Below the pieces are notes generated by a model that saw only the letters and a program-made list of their open reading frames with translations, was not told where the DNA came from and did no database searches. The translations under genes were made by a program, and so were the position numbers. Positions 41,538 to 51,744 of a stretch of 64,000 nt of DNA are shown here, in pieces (the first letter of the stretch is position 1; each line of letters starts with the position of its first letter). The stretch lies in the NCBI GenBank assembly GCA_947478395.1, contig CANJVR010000001.1:64001-128000 (forward strand), in the 5' to 3' direction. The DNA comes from Opitutia bacterium. GTDB taxonomy: Bacteria; Verrucomicrobiota; Verrucomicrobiia; Opitutales; Opitutaceae.

Positions 41538-44537
41538 TCAAGGCTTCGGGGGGTTCGTCCCAAGCGATCCGTTCGTCGAACTATCGCGCGGATTTCTCAT
41601 TTGCTGGAAGGGCACGCTGTCGACGACAGCGATCACCAAGTTCGAGAATTTGTCGTCGGCCTGAACCCGTTGCACGATTTTATCGGCGGCGATCCGATCG
41701 CTGCCGTGATCTTCCACGCCGCGGCCAAGCGCATAGGTCAGGATTTTCTGGGCGAGATTCCGGTAATAGTCGCCCCGGTTGGTGGTCGAAAGAATTTGGA
41801 TCAGAGAGAGGGCGCCATCGAACGACTCGCCGGAGACGAGTTTACCGGTCGCGTCCACGGCCGCTGGTTTTCCGCCTTCGGTTTCATGGTCCCGCCACTG
41901 CCCGGCGGCGTCGAAGTTTTCGAAGGCCATGCCGATCGGATCCATCAAGGCGTGGCAGGAGGCGCAGCGGGGATCTTTCCGGTGTTGCTCGATGCGCTGG
42001 CGGATGGTCAGGCCCGCTTGCTCGGGGGCGTCGACATTGTTCACGACGCCCGCCGGTGGCGCGGGGACCGGCGTGCCGAGGATGTTATCGAGCACGAACC
42101 GCCCGCGCTTCACCGGCGACGTGCGGGTCGGATTGGAGGTCGACACCAACAGGCTGCCCTGGCCAAGCACCCCGCGGCGCGGCGTGGCGGCGAGCGAGAC
42201 GCGCTGGAAACCTTCGCCCGTCACCGGCGGCAAACCGTAGAACTGGGCGAGGCGTTCGTTCACAAACGTGTAGTCGGCCGTCAGCAGTTCCAGGAGTGAA
42301 CGGTTCTCGCGCATGATGTGCGCGACGAAGAGCGCCGTTTCCTGCTGCATGTCGGCGCGGATGGTGGTGCTGAAGCGCGGAAACAAAGTCTTGTCCGGCT
42401 CGATCGCCGACAGCGCGCGGAACTGCAGCCACTGGCCGGCGAAATTATCCACGAGCGCCGAGGCCTTGGGCGAGGCCAGCATGCGCGCGACTTGGGCATT
42501 GAGTTGCCGGCGCAATTGTTTTTTCGCCGCGAGATCGAGCAAGGTGTCGTCCGGCACGCTGCTCCACAGGAAATAGGAAAGCCGAGTGGCGAGCGAAAAC
42601 TCGTCGATGGGCACGCCGACTCGAGCCGGCGTCGCATTCGCGTCCGGCTTCGCCGCCGCGACGCGATCGGCCTGGGGAAATTCGGCGCGCAGGAGAAAGT
42701 GCGGTGAGACGAGCACCGCCATGAGCGGAAGTTTGAGGGCCGCCTCGAAGCTCTCCTCGTCTTTGTCCCCTTGCGCAAAAAGCTGCATCAACCGATCAAG
42801 TTCGGCCTTCTCCGGCGGACGGCGCCAGGCGCGGAGCGCGAACCGGCCGAGTTGTTCGCGCGCCACGGTCAGCTTGTTTTGCGGCGATACTTTTTTCGCA
42901 AAGTAGTCCCGCATCACCGAAGAGATCGGCGGCACCGGGGCGGTGCCATCGACCTCGACTACTTCGAGACTATGCACGGTGAGGGTGCGCGCGCGGAGGT
43001 TGGGATTCGGGTTCTCGGGATCCGCCTCATAGTTGGAAAAAACCGCGGCCAGCGTTTTCTCGCCCGGCGTCAGGTGGGTGCGGATTTCATACCGCTCCGG
43101 CACCGCCACCAAGTGATCCGCGGGCGCGGTCCACGGCCGGCTCGTTTTGGCATTTTTGAAGGGCTGGTACGCGGAAGGCGCCAGCACGGGCCTGGCCCCC
43201 AGGGATTTTCCGTCGACGCGCAGGTCCATCACCGCCGGGTCCTTTCCCGCCTGAGTTGCTTCCGCGTAGACGCGCACGAGATAGTCGCCCGCTTTCGCCA
43301 CTTTGAATTTCATCGCCAGCTCCCCGTTGCCGCGGAACACGCGTGCGCCGGTCGGCGTGAATTCCCCCGGCCCCGTGACGGCCAGCTGCGCAGCCGGCAC
43401 CCGCGTGACCGCGCCTTGGCCGGGCCCGTCCACCCGGATCCATTTCACCCAGCTGATGCCGTTGGACTGCGGACCGACATAACGGGCCATCGTGTCGACC
43501 ACCTGCTCATGCTCACCCCCGCGATGCCGGCGCATGACCACGCGGAGGCGTTGCCGCCCAGCGAGCAGGCTCACTTTGCCGGTATACGTGGCGGGCGCAC
43601 CCTCGACCGCCTCGATGACAAACGCCTGTTGCACGGTGTCGTTCACATACAGCGAGAGCACGGGTTTTTCCGGCGGGGAATTGGGGATGGGGCCGGACGC
43701 ACCATAAATATTGCCGTCACGATCCTGGCCAAACGCGTGGAAGCTCACGGCATATTCGCCGGTGACGGGCACATCCATGTCCACGTTGATATCGCCTTCG
43801 AACAGGCTGAGAATCTGGACCCAGCCATCGCCGCGGTCACCCAGATCGTTGAAGCCGACCAACGCCTGGTTGGCGGGAAAATGCCACGTGGCACTGGTGA
43901 TGCGCTCGGTGGGGACGGCTTGGTCGAGGGCCTGTTGCGCCGCCTTCACATATTTGCCGAGCAGCATCGGCGAGAGCGACAGCACGTCGCTGATGTTGTC
44001 GAAGCCGTAGCCCGAATCGTCGGCGGGAAAATCGTCCGCCGGATGGAAGTCCACCCCGAGCAGGTCGCGGATGCTGTTGTTGTATTCGGTCCGGTTGAGG
44101 CGGTGAATCACCACCCGACCCGGATCGGGATTTTGCGCATCGGCTGCGTACAACTGCCGATCGATCCAATCCGCGAGCAGATCGCGCTCGGCCTTGGTCG
44201 GCAACACCTCCGCATTCTCGGGCGGCATCTGGCGATTCCGCACGTGCTCCATCGCCAACGTCCAGAGCTTGCGGTCGCCCGGCAGGTCGCTGCCGCTTTT
44301 GAAATCGGTCAGATGAAAATCCCCCTGGTCCTCAGTGCCGCCGAGCCCGTGACACTCGTAGCAGTATTTTTTCAGGAGCGGTTGGACGTCCCGCTCGAAG
44401 GTCGCCGTTTCCGCTGACGCCGCCGTCCGGAGCGGCGCCGGCGAGTTCGCGGCCGACGCGACGCTCGCGCCCGCCGCCAGCCAGCTGAGAAACATAGCCG
44501 CCGCCAACCCGCGACGCGGTGAACACATCCGGATCAT
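41538..44537 (-). CDS. DUF1592-domain (planctomycete-type cytochrome c) protein
   Basis: CYECH and CASCH haem motifs, HRLNRTEYNN, LATRLSYFLWSS.PD, NFAGQWL, RTSPVKRG and LTYALGR motifs. Confidence 0.92.
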   Translation of the reverse strand: MIRMCSPRRGLAAAMFLSWLAAGASVASAANSPAPLRTAASAETATFERDVQPLLKKYCYECHGLGGTEDQGDFHLTDFKSGSDLPGDRKLWTLAMEHVRNRQMPPENAEVLPTKAERDLLADWIDRQLYAADAQNPDPGRVVIHRLNRTEYNNSIRDLLGVDFHPADDFPADDSGYGFDNISDVLSLSPMLLGKYVKAAQQALDQAVPTERITSATWHFPANQALVGFNDLGDRGDGWVQILSLFEGDINVDMDVPVTGEYAVSFHAFGQDRDGNIYGASGPIPNSPPEKPVLSLYVNDTVQQAFVIEAVEGAPATYTGKVSLLAGRQRLRVVMRRHRGGEHEQVVDTMARYVGPQSNGISWVKWIRVDGPGQGAVTRVPAAQLAVTGPGEFTPTGARVFRGNGELAMKFKVAKAGDYLVRVYAEATQAGKDPAVMDLRVDGKSLGARPVLAPSAYQPFKNAKTSRPWTAPADHLVAVPERYEIRTHLTPGEKTLAAVFSNYEADPENPNPNLRARTLTVHSLEVVEVDGTAPVPPISSVMRDYFAKKVSPQNKLTVAREQLGRFALRAWRRPPEKAELDRLMQLFAQGDKDEESFEAALKLPLMAVLVSPHFLLRAEFPQADRVAAAKPDANATPARVGVPIDEFSLATRLSYFLWSSVPDDTLLDLAAKKQLRRQLNAQVARMLASPKASALVDNFAGQWLQFRALSAIEPDKTLFPRFSTTIRADMQQETALFVAHIMRENRSLLELLTADYTFVNERLAQFYGLPPVTGEGFQRVSLAATPRRGVLGQGSLLVSTSNPTRTSPVKRGRFVLDNILGTPVPAPPAGVVNNVDAPEQAGLTIRQRIEQHRKDPRCASCHALMDPIGMAFENFDAAGQWRDHETEGGKPAAVDATGKLVSGESFDGALSLIQILSTTNRGDYYRNLAQKILTYALGRGVEDHGSDRIAADKIVQRVQADDKFSNLVIAVVDSVPFQQMRNPRDSSTNGSLGTNPPKP

Positions 44538-44542
44538 CGGTT

Positions 44543-45925
44543 TCAGGCGGAAAAAATCTGATCAAAGGCGCCCGTGCTGTCGCCGATTTTTTCCGTCGGC
44601 ACGCCGAGGTTGGCGAGGAGCGAGCGATGGAAATTATTCATCGGGATGCCCTGGCGTCCCTGGCCCGCGGAAATGTGCCGGCCCGTGAGGATGCCGCCGC
44701 CGCCTTTGCCCGCCACGAGCACGGGCAGGTCGAAGTGGTTGTGGGCGTTACCGTCCGCGATGCAGCCACCGTAAACGATCGACGAGTTATCAAGCACGGT
44801 CCCCTCGCCCTCCTTGATCGACTTGAGGCGCGTCAGGAATTTTCCGAAGTGCGCCATGTGGTATTGGTTCACCCGGGAAATCTTCGCGATGCGCTCAGGA
44901 TCGTTCTTGTGATGGGAAATGTCGTGATGGCCATCCCGCACGTCCACCTGAGGATAAGGGCGGTTGCTGCCCTCATGACCGATGACGAACGTGGCCACGC
45001 GGGTGGCGTCCGTCTGAAACGCGAGCGCCATCACCTCGTACATCAGCGCGATGTGCTGCTCGAATTCGTAGTCCAGCGGCGCGCGGAATTCGCGCTTGTC
45101 GGCGGGCAGCCGGCCGGCGACCTCCTCCGCGGAGGCGATCTGGCGCTCGAGGTCGCGCACGGCGGAAAAATATTCGTCGAGTTTCTGGTTATCCGCCGCG
45201 CCGAGTTTTTTCTGCAGGGCCTTGGCGTCGTCGCGCACGAAGTCGAGCACGCTCAGCTTTTGCCGCTCGCGGCGGGCGCGCATTTCCTTGCTCACTCTTG
45301 GATCGCCCGCGCCAAAGAGCCGCTCGAACGCCAGGCGCGGATCCACCTCCGGATTCATGGGCATCGTCTCGGACTTCCAGGAAATGTTGAACTGGTAGAT
45401 GCAACTGTAGCCGGTGTCACAGGTGCCCGTGCGCGCCCCGCGATCGCAGCTCAGCTCGAGCGAGGGCAAGCGTGTCTGGTGGCCGATTTTGTTCGCGGCG
45501 ATCTGGTCCACCGAAATACCCAGCCGCACGTCGGCGCCCTCGGTCTTGAAGGCCCGGCAACCGGTGAGATAACTCGCGGCGGCCCGCGCGTGGTCCGCGC
45601 CGCCATCCGCGTTAGGCTGCGCCTGCGCGTGCGCGAGGCCGCTGACGACAAGCAGGTCGTTCTTGTGCTCGCTCACCTTCTGCAGGATGGCGGGCATTTC
45701 GTAATCGGGGCCGAGCGTCTTCGGCGTCCAATCGACCATGTTCATGCCGTTCGGGACGTAGACGTAAGCCAGTCTTTTGGGAAAACCCTTGGCGCCGACC
45801 GCAACTCCGCCGGTTTCCTGCCCGAACAAGCGAGCCCCCGGAATCATGCACTCCAAAACCGGCAACGCCATGACCGTGCCGACCCCACGAAGAAAGGTCC
45901 GGCGGGAAAGTTCGTGTTTTTTCAT
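44543..45925 (-). CDS. DUF1552 domain protein with Tat signal
   Basis: SRRTFLRG, YVPNG, SVDQIAA, FERLFG, LAFQTDATRV, HDISHH and GNAH motifs. Confidence 0.93.
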   Translation of the reverse strand: MKKHELSRRTFLRGVGTVMALPVLECMIPGARLFGQETGGVAVGAKGFPKRLAYVYVPNGMNMVDWTPKTLGPDYEMPAILQKVSEHKNDLLVVSGLAHAQAQPNADGGADHARAAASYLTGCRAFKTEGADVRLGISVDQIAANKIGHQTRLPSLELSCDRGARTGTCDTGYSCIYQFNISWKSETMPMNPEVDPRLAFERLFGAGDPRVSKEMRARRERQKLSVLDFVRDDAKALQKKLGAADNQKLDEYFSAVRDLERQIASAEEVAGRLPADKREFRAPLDYEFEQHIALMYEVMALAFQTDATRVATFVIGHEGSNRPYPQVDVRDGHHDISHHKNDPERIAKISRVNQYHMAHFGKFLTRLKSIKEGEGTVLDNSSIVYGGCIADGNAHNHFDLPVLVAGKGGGGILTGRHISAGQGRQGIPMNNFHRSLLANLGVPTEKIGDSTGAFDQIFSA

Positions 45926-46189
45926 AACGGCACGAGGGGAAAACGAGGGGGTTATCGGGGTAACAGCACGCTGGCGAACTCCCCACAAAGGGACGGCGAG
46001 TGGCAGCGTCAACCTGCGAAAAGTTATACTCCGATGTCGGGCATCGCACCATGGCGGACATCGTTGACCCTTTTAAAATCGCAAGCGCTCCGCTGCGGGC
46101 GCGATCCGCGAAAAAGGCTCCCTCGGAGTTGAGAATCGGACGGGGTTTGCCTCACGCCCCGCCGACGCCAAACTCCTCTTCGCCCCTCG

Positions 46190-47368
46190 ATGAAATCCTC
46201 CATTCCCTCCATCACGGCGACCCTGGTCGCCCTCGCCTCCATGTCCGCCCCGCTCATTGCCGCCGAAACCACCGCCAAGCCCTCCCGCGAGTTCTTCGCC
46301 TATTTCGGCACTGGACGCGCCGGCGCGAACACCGGCTTCTCGATCGCGAACTTCAACTCCGACACCGGCGTGCTCACGGCGCCGACCGTCTCGCCCACCG
46401 TCGCGGCGCCGAGCATTTTCATTTTTTCGCCCGATGGCCGCCACCTCTACACCTGCTATCCCGGCCGCACGTTTCAGGGTCAGCCCGGCGGTGGCGTCGG
46501 CGCGTTTGCCGTGGATCCGGCTACGGGTGCCCTGACCGCGCTCAACACCGCGCTCTCCGGCGGCGCCGACCCTGGGTTTCTCAGCCTCGACCGCACGGGC
46601 CGCTTCCTCTTCGTCGCGAATTACAACGGCGGCAACGTTGCCGCGTTTGCCCTGCAGCCCGACGGCAGCCTCGGCAAGCGCACCTTCTTCGACCAGCACA
46701 CGGGCCAGAGCGTTCATCCCACCCGTCAGGGGCACGCCTACTGCGAGGTCATCTTCACCGACTCGACCAACCGCTACGTCGTCTCGACCGATCTCGGGCT
46801 CGACCAGATTTTCGTTTATCGCTTCGACGAAAAAACCGGCGCGCTCACGCCGGCCGAAACTCCCTTCGCCACCATCGCTCCTGGCTCGGGTCCACGCCAC
46901 GCAATCTTCGGTCGGGACGAAAAATTTCTCTACGTCGTCGGCGAGATGAGCAGCACCGTCACGACCTACGCTTGGGACGCCACAAAGGGGACATTAAAGG
47001 AAGGGCAGACGATCTCGACCCTGCCAGATGATTTCAAGGCCAACAACAATCCCGCCGAGCTCCTAGTCCACGCCAACGGCAAATTCCTCTACGCGTCCAA
47101 CCGCGGCCACGACAGCCTCGTGGTTTTCGCGATCGACGAAAAGACCGGCCGCCTGAGCCTCGTGCAGCATGTTTCCACCGGCGGCAAGACCCCGCGCTGT
47201 TTCTCCTTCGACCCGACCGGTCGCTGGATCGTCGTCTCCAACCAAGCCAGCGACAACGCCGTCGTCTTCCGCGTGGACGCGACCACCGGTAAGCTCACGC
47301 CGCAGGGCGACCCCGTCCCGATGCCGAATCCGCTGCAAGCGCAGTTCCTGGCCCGGCCCGCAAAATAG
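46190..47368 (+). CDS. Secreted lactonase family protein (6-phosphogluconolactonase-like beta-propeller)
   Basis: VANYNGG, DLGLD, GSGPRH, YASNRGHDS and GKTPR motifs. Confidence 0.92.
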   Translation: MKSSIPSITATLVALASMSAPLIAAETTAKPSREFFAYFGTGRAGANTGFSIANFNSDTGVLTAPTVSPTVAAPSIFIFSPDGRHLYTCYPGRTFQGQPGGGVGAFAVDPATGALTALNTALSGGADPGFLSLDRTGRFLFVANYNGGNVAAFALQPDGSLGKRTFFDQHTGQSVHPTRQGHAYCEVIFTDSTNRYVVSTDLGLDQIFVYRFDEKTGALTPAETPFATIAPGSGPRHAIFGRDEKFLYVVGEMSSTVTTYAWDATKGTLKEGQTISTLPDDFKANNNPAELLVHANGKFLYASNRGHDSLVVFAIDEKTGRLSLVQHVSTGGKTPRCFSFDPTGRWIVVSNQASDNAVVFRVDATTGKLTPQGDPVPMPNPLQAQFLARPAK

Positions 47369-47976
47369 GGCGGACGAGGGAGGGAACAGCTCTCCGCGCC
47401 GTCCGTAGTTCGAAAGCAGATCGTGACGAATACCGCGGAGAGGCATCCCGACCGTCTGATTCGGCTCTTTTTCACTCGGGCTTCGGAGTTAACGATGCGA
47501 AGAGTTTCGTTTCTGCCTCAGGAAAGGTAAGGTCGTTTTTTCTTTGTATTGTCGGATCTGCCATAACAACCGAACGCCGCCGGGTCGCTTGTATCCGAGG
47601 GCGTCGAACCACTTGACGGACGCAGGCCGTGTACTTTCCAGCATCGTCAATACCTGCGAAGTGATTCAAAGCCGCGCGGTTGATGACATGCTGACGACCT
47701 TGGCGCGGAAGTTAGACTTACTGCTGAGACTCAAGCTTGAGGTAGAGTTAAGTGCGCGAGTGATGGGCAAAAATGCCGCTGAAATAAACGTCGAAGGCGC
47801 CTTAATCGTGGATGAAATTCGCGAGGTGATTAATTCTAACATCGCGCCATTTGAGAGCGACTTAGTCGCTCGATAGAATTCTAAGCACGGCAAAATTAAA
47901 GCACCGCCAAGTTTTGATCGCAGACCTGATCCACCAGAGCGAAAAAAGTCATCTGCGCCGTCTAAAAGATTAGGCG

Positions 47977-48013
47977 TTTTGTTAGCACTTTACCCCGTTT
48001 TTGTTAGCACTTT
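47977..48013. repeat. 15-bp direct repeat TTTTGTTAGCACTTT x2
   Basis: Copies at 47977-47991 and 47999-48013 (22-bp period), about 60 bp beyond the tRNA-Gly 3' end. Confidence 0.8.
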
Positions 48014-48023
48014 TCCAGCGCTA

Positions 48024-48065
48024 AAACAAAAAAGCCCCAGCTAACGTTTTCGTTAACTGAGGCTT
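48024..48065 (-). terminator. Rho-independent terminator after tRNA-Gly
   Basis: Minus strand AAGCCTCAGTTAACG-AAAA-CGTTAGCTGGGGCTT followed by TTTTGTTTT. Confidence 0.7.
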
Positions 48066-48074
48066 ATCTTAAAA

Positions 48075-48150
48075 TGGAGCGGGCGAAGAGACTCGAACTC
48101 TCGACATCTTCCTTGGCAAGGAAGTGCTCTACCAACTGAGCTACACCCGC
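48075..48150 (-). tRNA. tRNA-Gly(GCC)
   Basis: GCGGGTG acceptor stem, anticodon arm CTTCC-TTGCCAA-GGAAG, GTTCGAGTC T-loop, TCCA end. Confidence 0.97.
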
Positions 48151-48566
48151 AAACAGGAGGGGTAGAAGTAGGCCCCGCTTCACTTCCGTCAATAGCTTTT
48201 TTCGAGGTACCGCTCGTCGACGCGCCAAAGCTCCATTTAAGCGTATTCCTGCCGTAGAATCCAACTCAGCACGGTCCGGGCGGGCCTTGAACACCAGATT
48301 GGCGCCGTCCCCCGGTCGCTCTGCCCACGCAGCGCACCCCAGGCTGCACCGGACCGAGGAACGGATCGTCGAACGCGATAGGGGCATGATCGGAAAATCG
48401 CCGCGCGCACAGCCAAGCGCTGAATCCAACGCGCGCCGGCGGCGACTTCGGTCCGGCCGAATCAAGTCCTACGCGGTGAGCGGACAGCTCATGGGAGCGC
48501 GGGCCCTCGTCCGCCGATTTCTGCGCAGCGCTGGGGCCGGGGGCGGCCGTGCTCCCGGGGTGACGC

Positions 48567-49958
48567 TCACTTGTCGGTCACGTCCAGCTCGGGAAATTGC
48601 GCGAGTTTGCGGTGCAGCGTGCGGCGGCTGACACCCATGAGCTCCGCGGCCTTGGTCCGATTGCCGCGCGACTTCAACAACGCCTCGCGCAACAGGCGCT
48701 TCTCGGTTTCCTCGACGGAAAATGGATTGGCGGCGGGCTGGGCCGAGGCGATTCCGCTCGGTGGCGCGGCGGCTCCGGGCACCGCCGAGGCGCCGCGAAA
48801 TTTGGGTTCGAGATCGTACTCCGTGAGCTTTCCGCCGCGACGGAGAACGACGGCGTTCTCGCAAAAATTCCGCAGTTCCCGGATGTTACCCGGCCACGGA
48901 TAAGAGCGCAGGGTGGCGATCGCGCCGGGCTCCAGCGTGAGCGGAGGATGGCCGTTTTCCTCGGAGAAAAATTTCAGATAATGCGCGAGCAGCGGAGGGA
49001 TATCGTCGGGCCGGGCGCGCAGCGGGGGCAGCTCGATGCGCACGACATTCAGTCGGAAAAAGAGATCTTCGCGAAATTTGCCTTCGCGGACCAGCGTTTC
49101 GAGCGAACGGTTCGTCGCCGCCACGAGGCGCACATCGAGATCAATCGGCTTCGATCCGCCAACGCGCTCGATCGATTTGGTTTCGAGAAAACGCAGCAGC
49201 TTCACCTGGATCGCGAGCGAGATCTCGCCGATTTCGTCGAGGAACAGCGTGCCGCCCACCGCGGCCTCGAAGCGGCCGATACGCCGTTCGATCGCCCCGG
49301 TGAAAGCGCCGCGTTCGTGACCGAACAGTTCGCTCTCCAACAAGGATTCCGAGAGCGCGGCGCAGTGCACGGCGACAAACGGAGCGCGGGCGCGTGGACT
49401 GGCCTGATGGATGGCTTGCGCGATCAGCTCCTTGCCCGTGCCGGATTCACCCTCGATGAGCACGGTGGCACGGGAGGGCGCGACCAGTTTCACCCGATCG
49501 AGGACCGAGACCAGATTCGGGGAATTACCAACAATGCCGCTGAAGCTGAATTTTTCATCGAGCCGCTCGTGCAATTGCTGCACCTCGACCTCGAGCGTTT
49601 TGGTTTTGAGCGCGCGCTGGATGAGAACTTCGAGGCGCTCGATATTGACCGGCTTGGTCATGAAATCGACTGCGCCGCGTTTCATCGCCTCGACCGCGGA
49701 TTCGACGTTGCCGTACGCCGTCATCATCAGCACGGCCGGGCGCTGCGGCAGAGCGAGCGCTTTATCGATCACCTTGAGTCCGGATTTGCCGGGCATCCGC
49801 AAGTCGGTGAGCACCACATCAAATGGCTGGGCGTCGAGCAGATTGAAGGCCTCGTCCGCGCTGGCGGCGACCGAGACATCGTAATTTTCAGCCAGTGCCT
49901 GCTGCAGCCCTTCGCGGGTGTGTTTCTCGTCGTCGACGATGAGCACGCTGGGAACCAT
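48567..49958 (-). CDS. Sigma-54-dependent response regulator (NtrC/AtoC family)
   Basis: VLIVDDE receiver, GESGTGKE, GAFTGA, WPGNIREL and Fis-type HTH. Confidence 0.96.
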   Translation of the reverse strand: MVPSVLIVDDEKHTREGLQQALAENYDVSVAASADEAFNLLDAQPFDVVLTDLRMPGKSGLKVIDKALALPQRPAVLMMTAYGNVESAVEAMKRGAVDFMTKPVNIERLEVLIQRALKTKTLEVEVQQLHERLDEKFSFSGIVGNSPNLVSVLDRVKLVAPSRATVLIEGESGTGKELIAQAIHQASPRARAPFVAVHCAALSESLLESELFGHERGAFTGAIERRIGRFEAAVGGTLFLDEIGEISLAIQVKLLRFLETKSIERVGGSKPIDLDVRLVAATNRSLETLVREGKFREDLFFRLNVVRIELPPLRARPDDIPPLLAHYLKFFSEENGHPPLTLEPGAIATLRSYPWPGNIRELRNFCENAVVLRRGGKLTEYDLEPKFRGASAVPGAAAPPSGIASAQPAANPFSVEETEKRLLREALLKSRGNRTKAAELMGVSRRTLHRKLAQFPELDVTDK

Positions 49959-50110
49959 GGAACGATTCACGCGGCGTCACTCTGCCCGGTCAAGCTCGCG
50001 GCCATGCCGCGACGGCTAATTTAAACGGTCAACGCCGCTACATCAGCCGACCGGTCCCGGGCGGCTGATGGTCTTAAAACCGCCAACGCTCCCGCGGAAA
50101 CCGGCGGTGA

Positions 50111-50815
50111 TCAATTGCGCGGGGCCGGCTTAGCCTGCGCCGCCGGAGTGGAAACAGGATGATCCAGCAAGCGCTGCACGGATGTCGCCAGCGAGGTAAG
50201 TTTGAAAGTCGGCGGCGGAGTTGAATCCACCAGCGCCAGATATTTTTCGCGGCGGGCCTGGAGTAAGCGTTTCAACTCAGCGGTCTGCGCGGCATCCAGT
50301 TTGAGATCCTTGGTGGTTCGTTCCAAGCGTTCGGAGAACGACACGATCCAGAAGGCGTTCTCAAAGGGCCGCTGGCGAAGCCGCGCGATCTCCTCTTCGC
50401 TCAATGGCGCCAGGGACGCAGCGGTGGCTTTCGACTCATTCTCGGCCCGGCGTTTTTGAAACGCGGCCGCTTTGGTTTCATAGATTTGCTTCTGCTCGCC
50501 GTTCAGCAACGCCACCAGCCCCGCATTGAATTCCCGGTCCAGTTCGTCGAGCCGGTGCCGGTAAGCCTCGATCTGGGGTTTTAATTTATCGATATCCTCG
50601 CGCAATTTGGCGCGATCGTAGGGCTTGGCGGAGTTTTGCGCGGCCGCGGCGCGCGCCGCATTCTTGTCGGGCACCTGGCCACTGGTGAACTCGCCCAAGA
50701 GCGGAGCCGGAGGCGGCGGAATCGGCCTGTGTTGTTCCGACCACAGGCCGCCGGCAAAACCGGCCCCGAAAACAACAATCGTGAGGCAGGCCACGATGAG
50801 GCGTTGCTTAATCAT
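50111..50815 (-). CDS. Membrane-anchored periplasmic helical protein
   Basis: N-terminal TM (VVFGAGFAGG), helical/coiled-coil body. Third gene of the ECF operon, with ATGA overlap. Confidence 0.75.
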   Translation of the reverse strand: MIKQRLIVACLTIVVFGAGFAGGLWSEQHRPIPPPPAPLLGEFTSGQVPDKNAARAAAAQNSAKPYDRAKLREDIDKLKPQIEAYRHRLDELDREFNAGLVALLNGEQKQIYETKAAAFQKRRAENESKATAASLAPLSEEEIARLRQRPFENAFWIVSFSERLERTTKDLKLDAAQTAELKRLLQARREKYLALVDSTPPPTFKLTSLATSVQRLLDHPVSTPAAQAKPAPRN

Positions 50816-51087
50816 AGCGTGGCGGCGAGGTCTTCCGCTTCGTCTGCGAGTTGTTGCCATCCCGGCGTGTTGAGATCGCCGTCGGACACGGCGGCGGGGC
50901 TGAATAATGCCACAGCGGCCAGACACAGGGCGGCGGTCGCAGCGCTCAACGCGCAATAACTCAGAAACGTGGGCGCAGCGTCCACTCCGGCCCGCGCGAC
51001 GCGTACGACGCGATCGGCAAATCCCGGCGAAATTCGCGAGGCGGCGACCCGGTGTAATTGCTCCCAGGCGTATTGTTCAGTTTTCAT
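50812..51087 (-). CDS. Putative small anti-sigma factor
   Basis: 91 aa, PGFADRV motif and one TM helix; overlaps the ECF sigma gene. Confidence 0.7.
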   Translation of the reverse strand: MKTEQYAWEQLHRVAASRISPGFADRVVRVARAGVDAAPTFLSYCALSAATAALCLAAVALFSPAAVSDGDLNTPGWQQLADEAEDLAATL

Positions 51088-51625
51088 GGTGCGGTTGATA
51101 ATGATCTCGAAGATGTTCGCGAGCGCGGTGGAGACGAGCTTTCACCGCGGCAACGCTGGTGCCAAGGGTCTCGGCGATCTCCGCATGACTGCGACCTTCC
51201 TGCACCAAAGCCAGGAGGGCGCGATCCTGCGGCCGGAGCTGGGCGAGGGCGTGCCGCAGTGCGTCGAGCTCCTCGGAATCGACGGCGCCGGTCGGCTCCG
51301 GGACGTCTTCATGCTCGGGCGAAAAAGGCAGAAAAATGCGGCGCAGCTTCTGGCGGCGGAGGTGGTCGATGCACGTGTTGCGCGCGAGTCGAAAGAGCCA
51401 CGATTCAAACTGCTCGGGTGCCTGCAGCCGGTCGAGGGCGCGGACCATTTTGATGAAGACGAGCTGGGCGATGTCCTCGATTGCATCGCTGCGCCCGATG
51501 ATGGCGTAAACGAAACCAGCCACCCGGCGCTGATAGGCGACGATGAGGTCGCGCTGGGCATCGGGGGCACCGCGCTGAGCGCGGCGTACGAGGTCGACCA
51601 GTTGGGTCGGCGAAGTTGGTTCCAT
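51077..51625 (-). CDS. ECF-type RNA polymerase sigma factor
   Basis: EDIAQLVF, FESWLFRLARNTCIDHLR and EIAETLG...VKARLHRAR motifs. Confidence 0.93.
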   Translation of the reverse strand: MEPTSPTQLVDLVRRAQRGAPDAQRDLIVAYQRRVAGFVYAIIGRSDAIEDIAQLVFIKMVRALDRLQAPEQFESWLFRLARNTCIDHLRRQKLRRIFLPFSPEHEDVPEPTGAVDSEELDALRHALAQLRPQDRALLALVQEGRSHAEIAETLGTSVAAVKARLHRAREHLRDHYQPHHEN

Positions 51626-51744
51626 GCAGTGGGCATTGCGATCTCCAGCATAGACGCGGGAGCGTATCTGAGGATGCGAGGTTTCGATGAGGCGCCCAAC
51701 AGATTGAGGCAACATTTCCCGAAAAAATTAATCTGTATGCTCTC

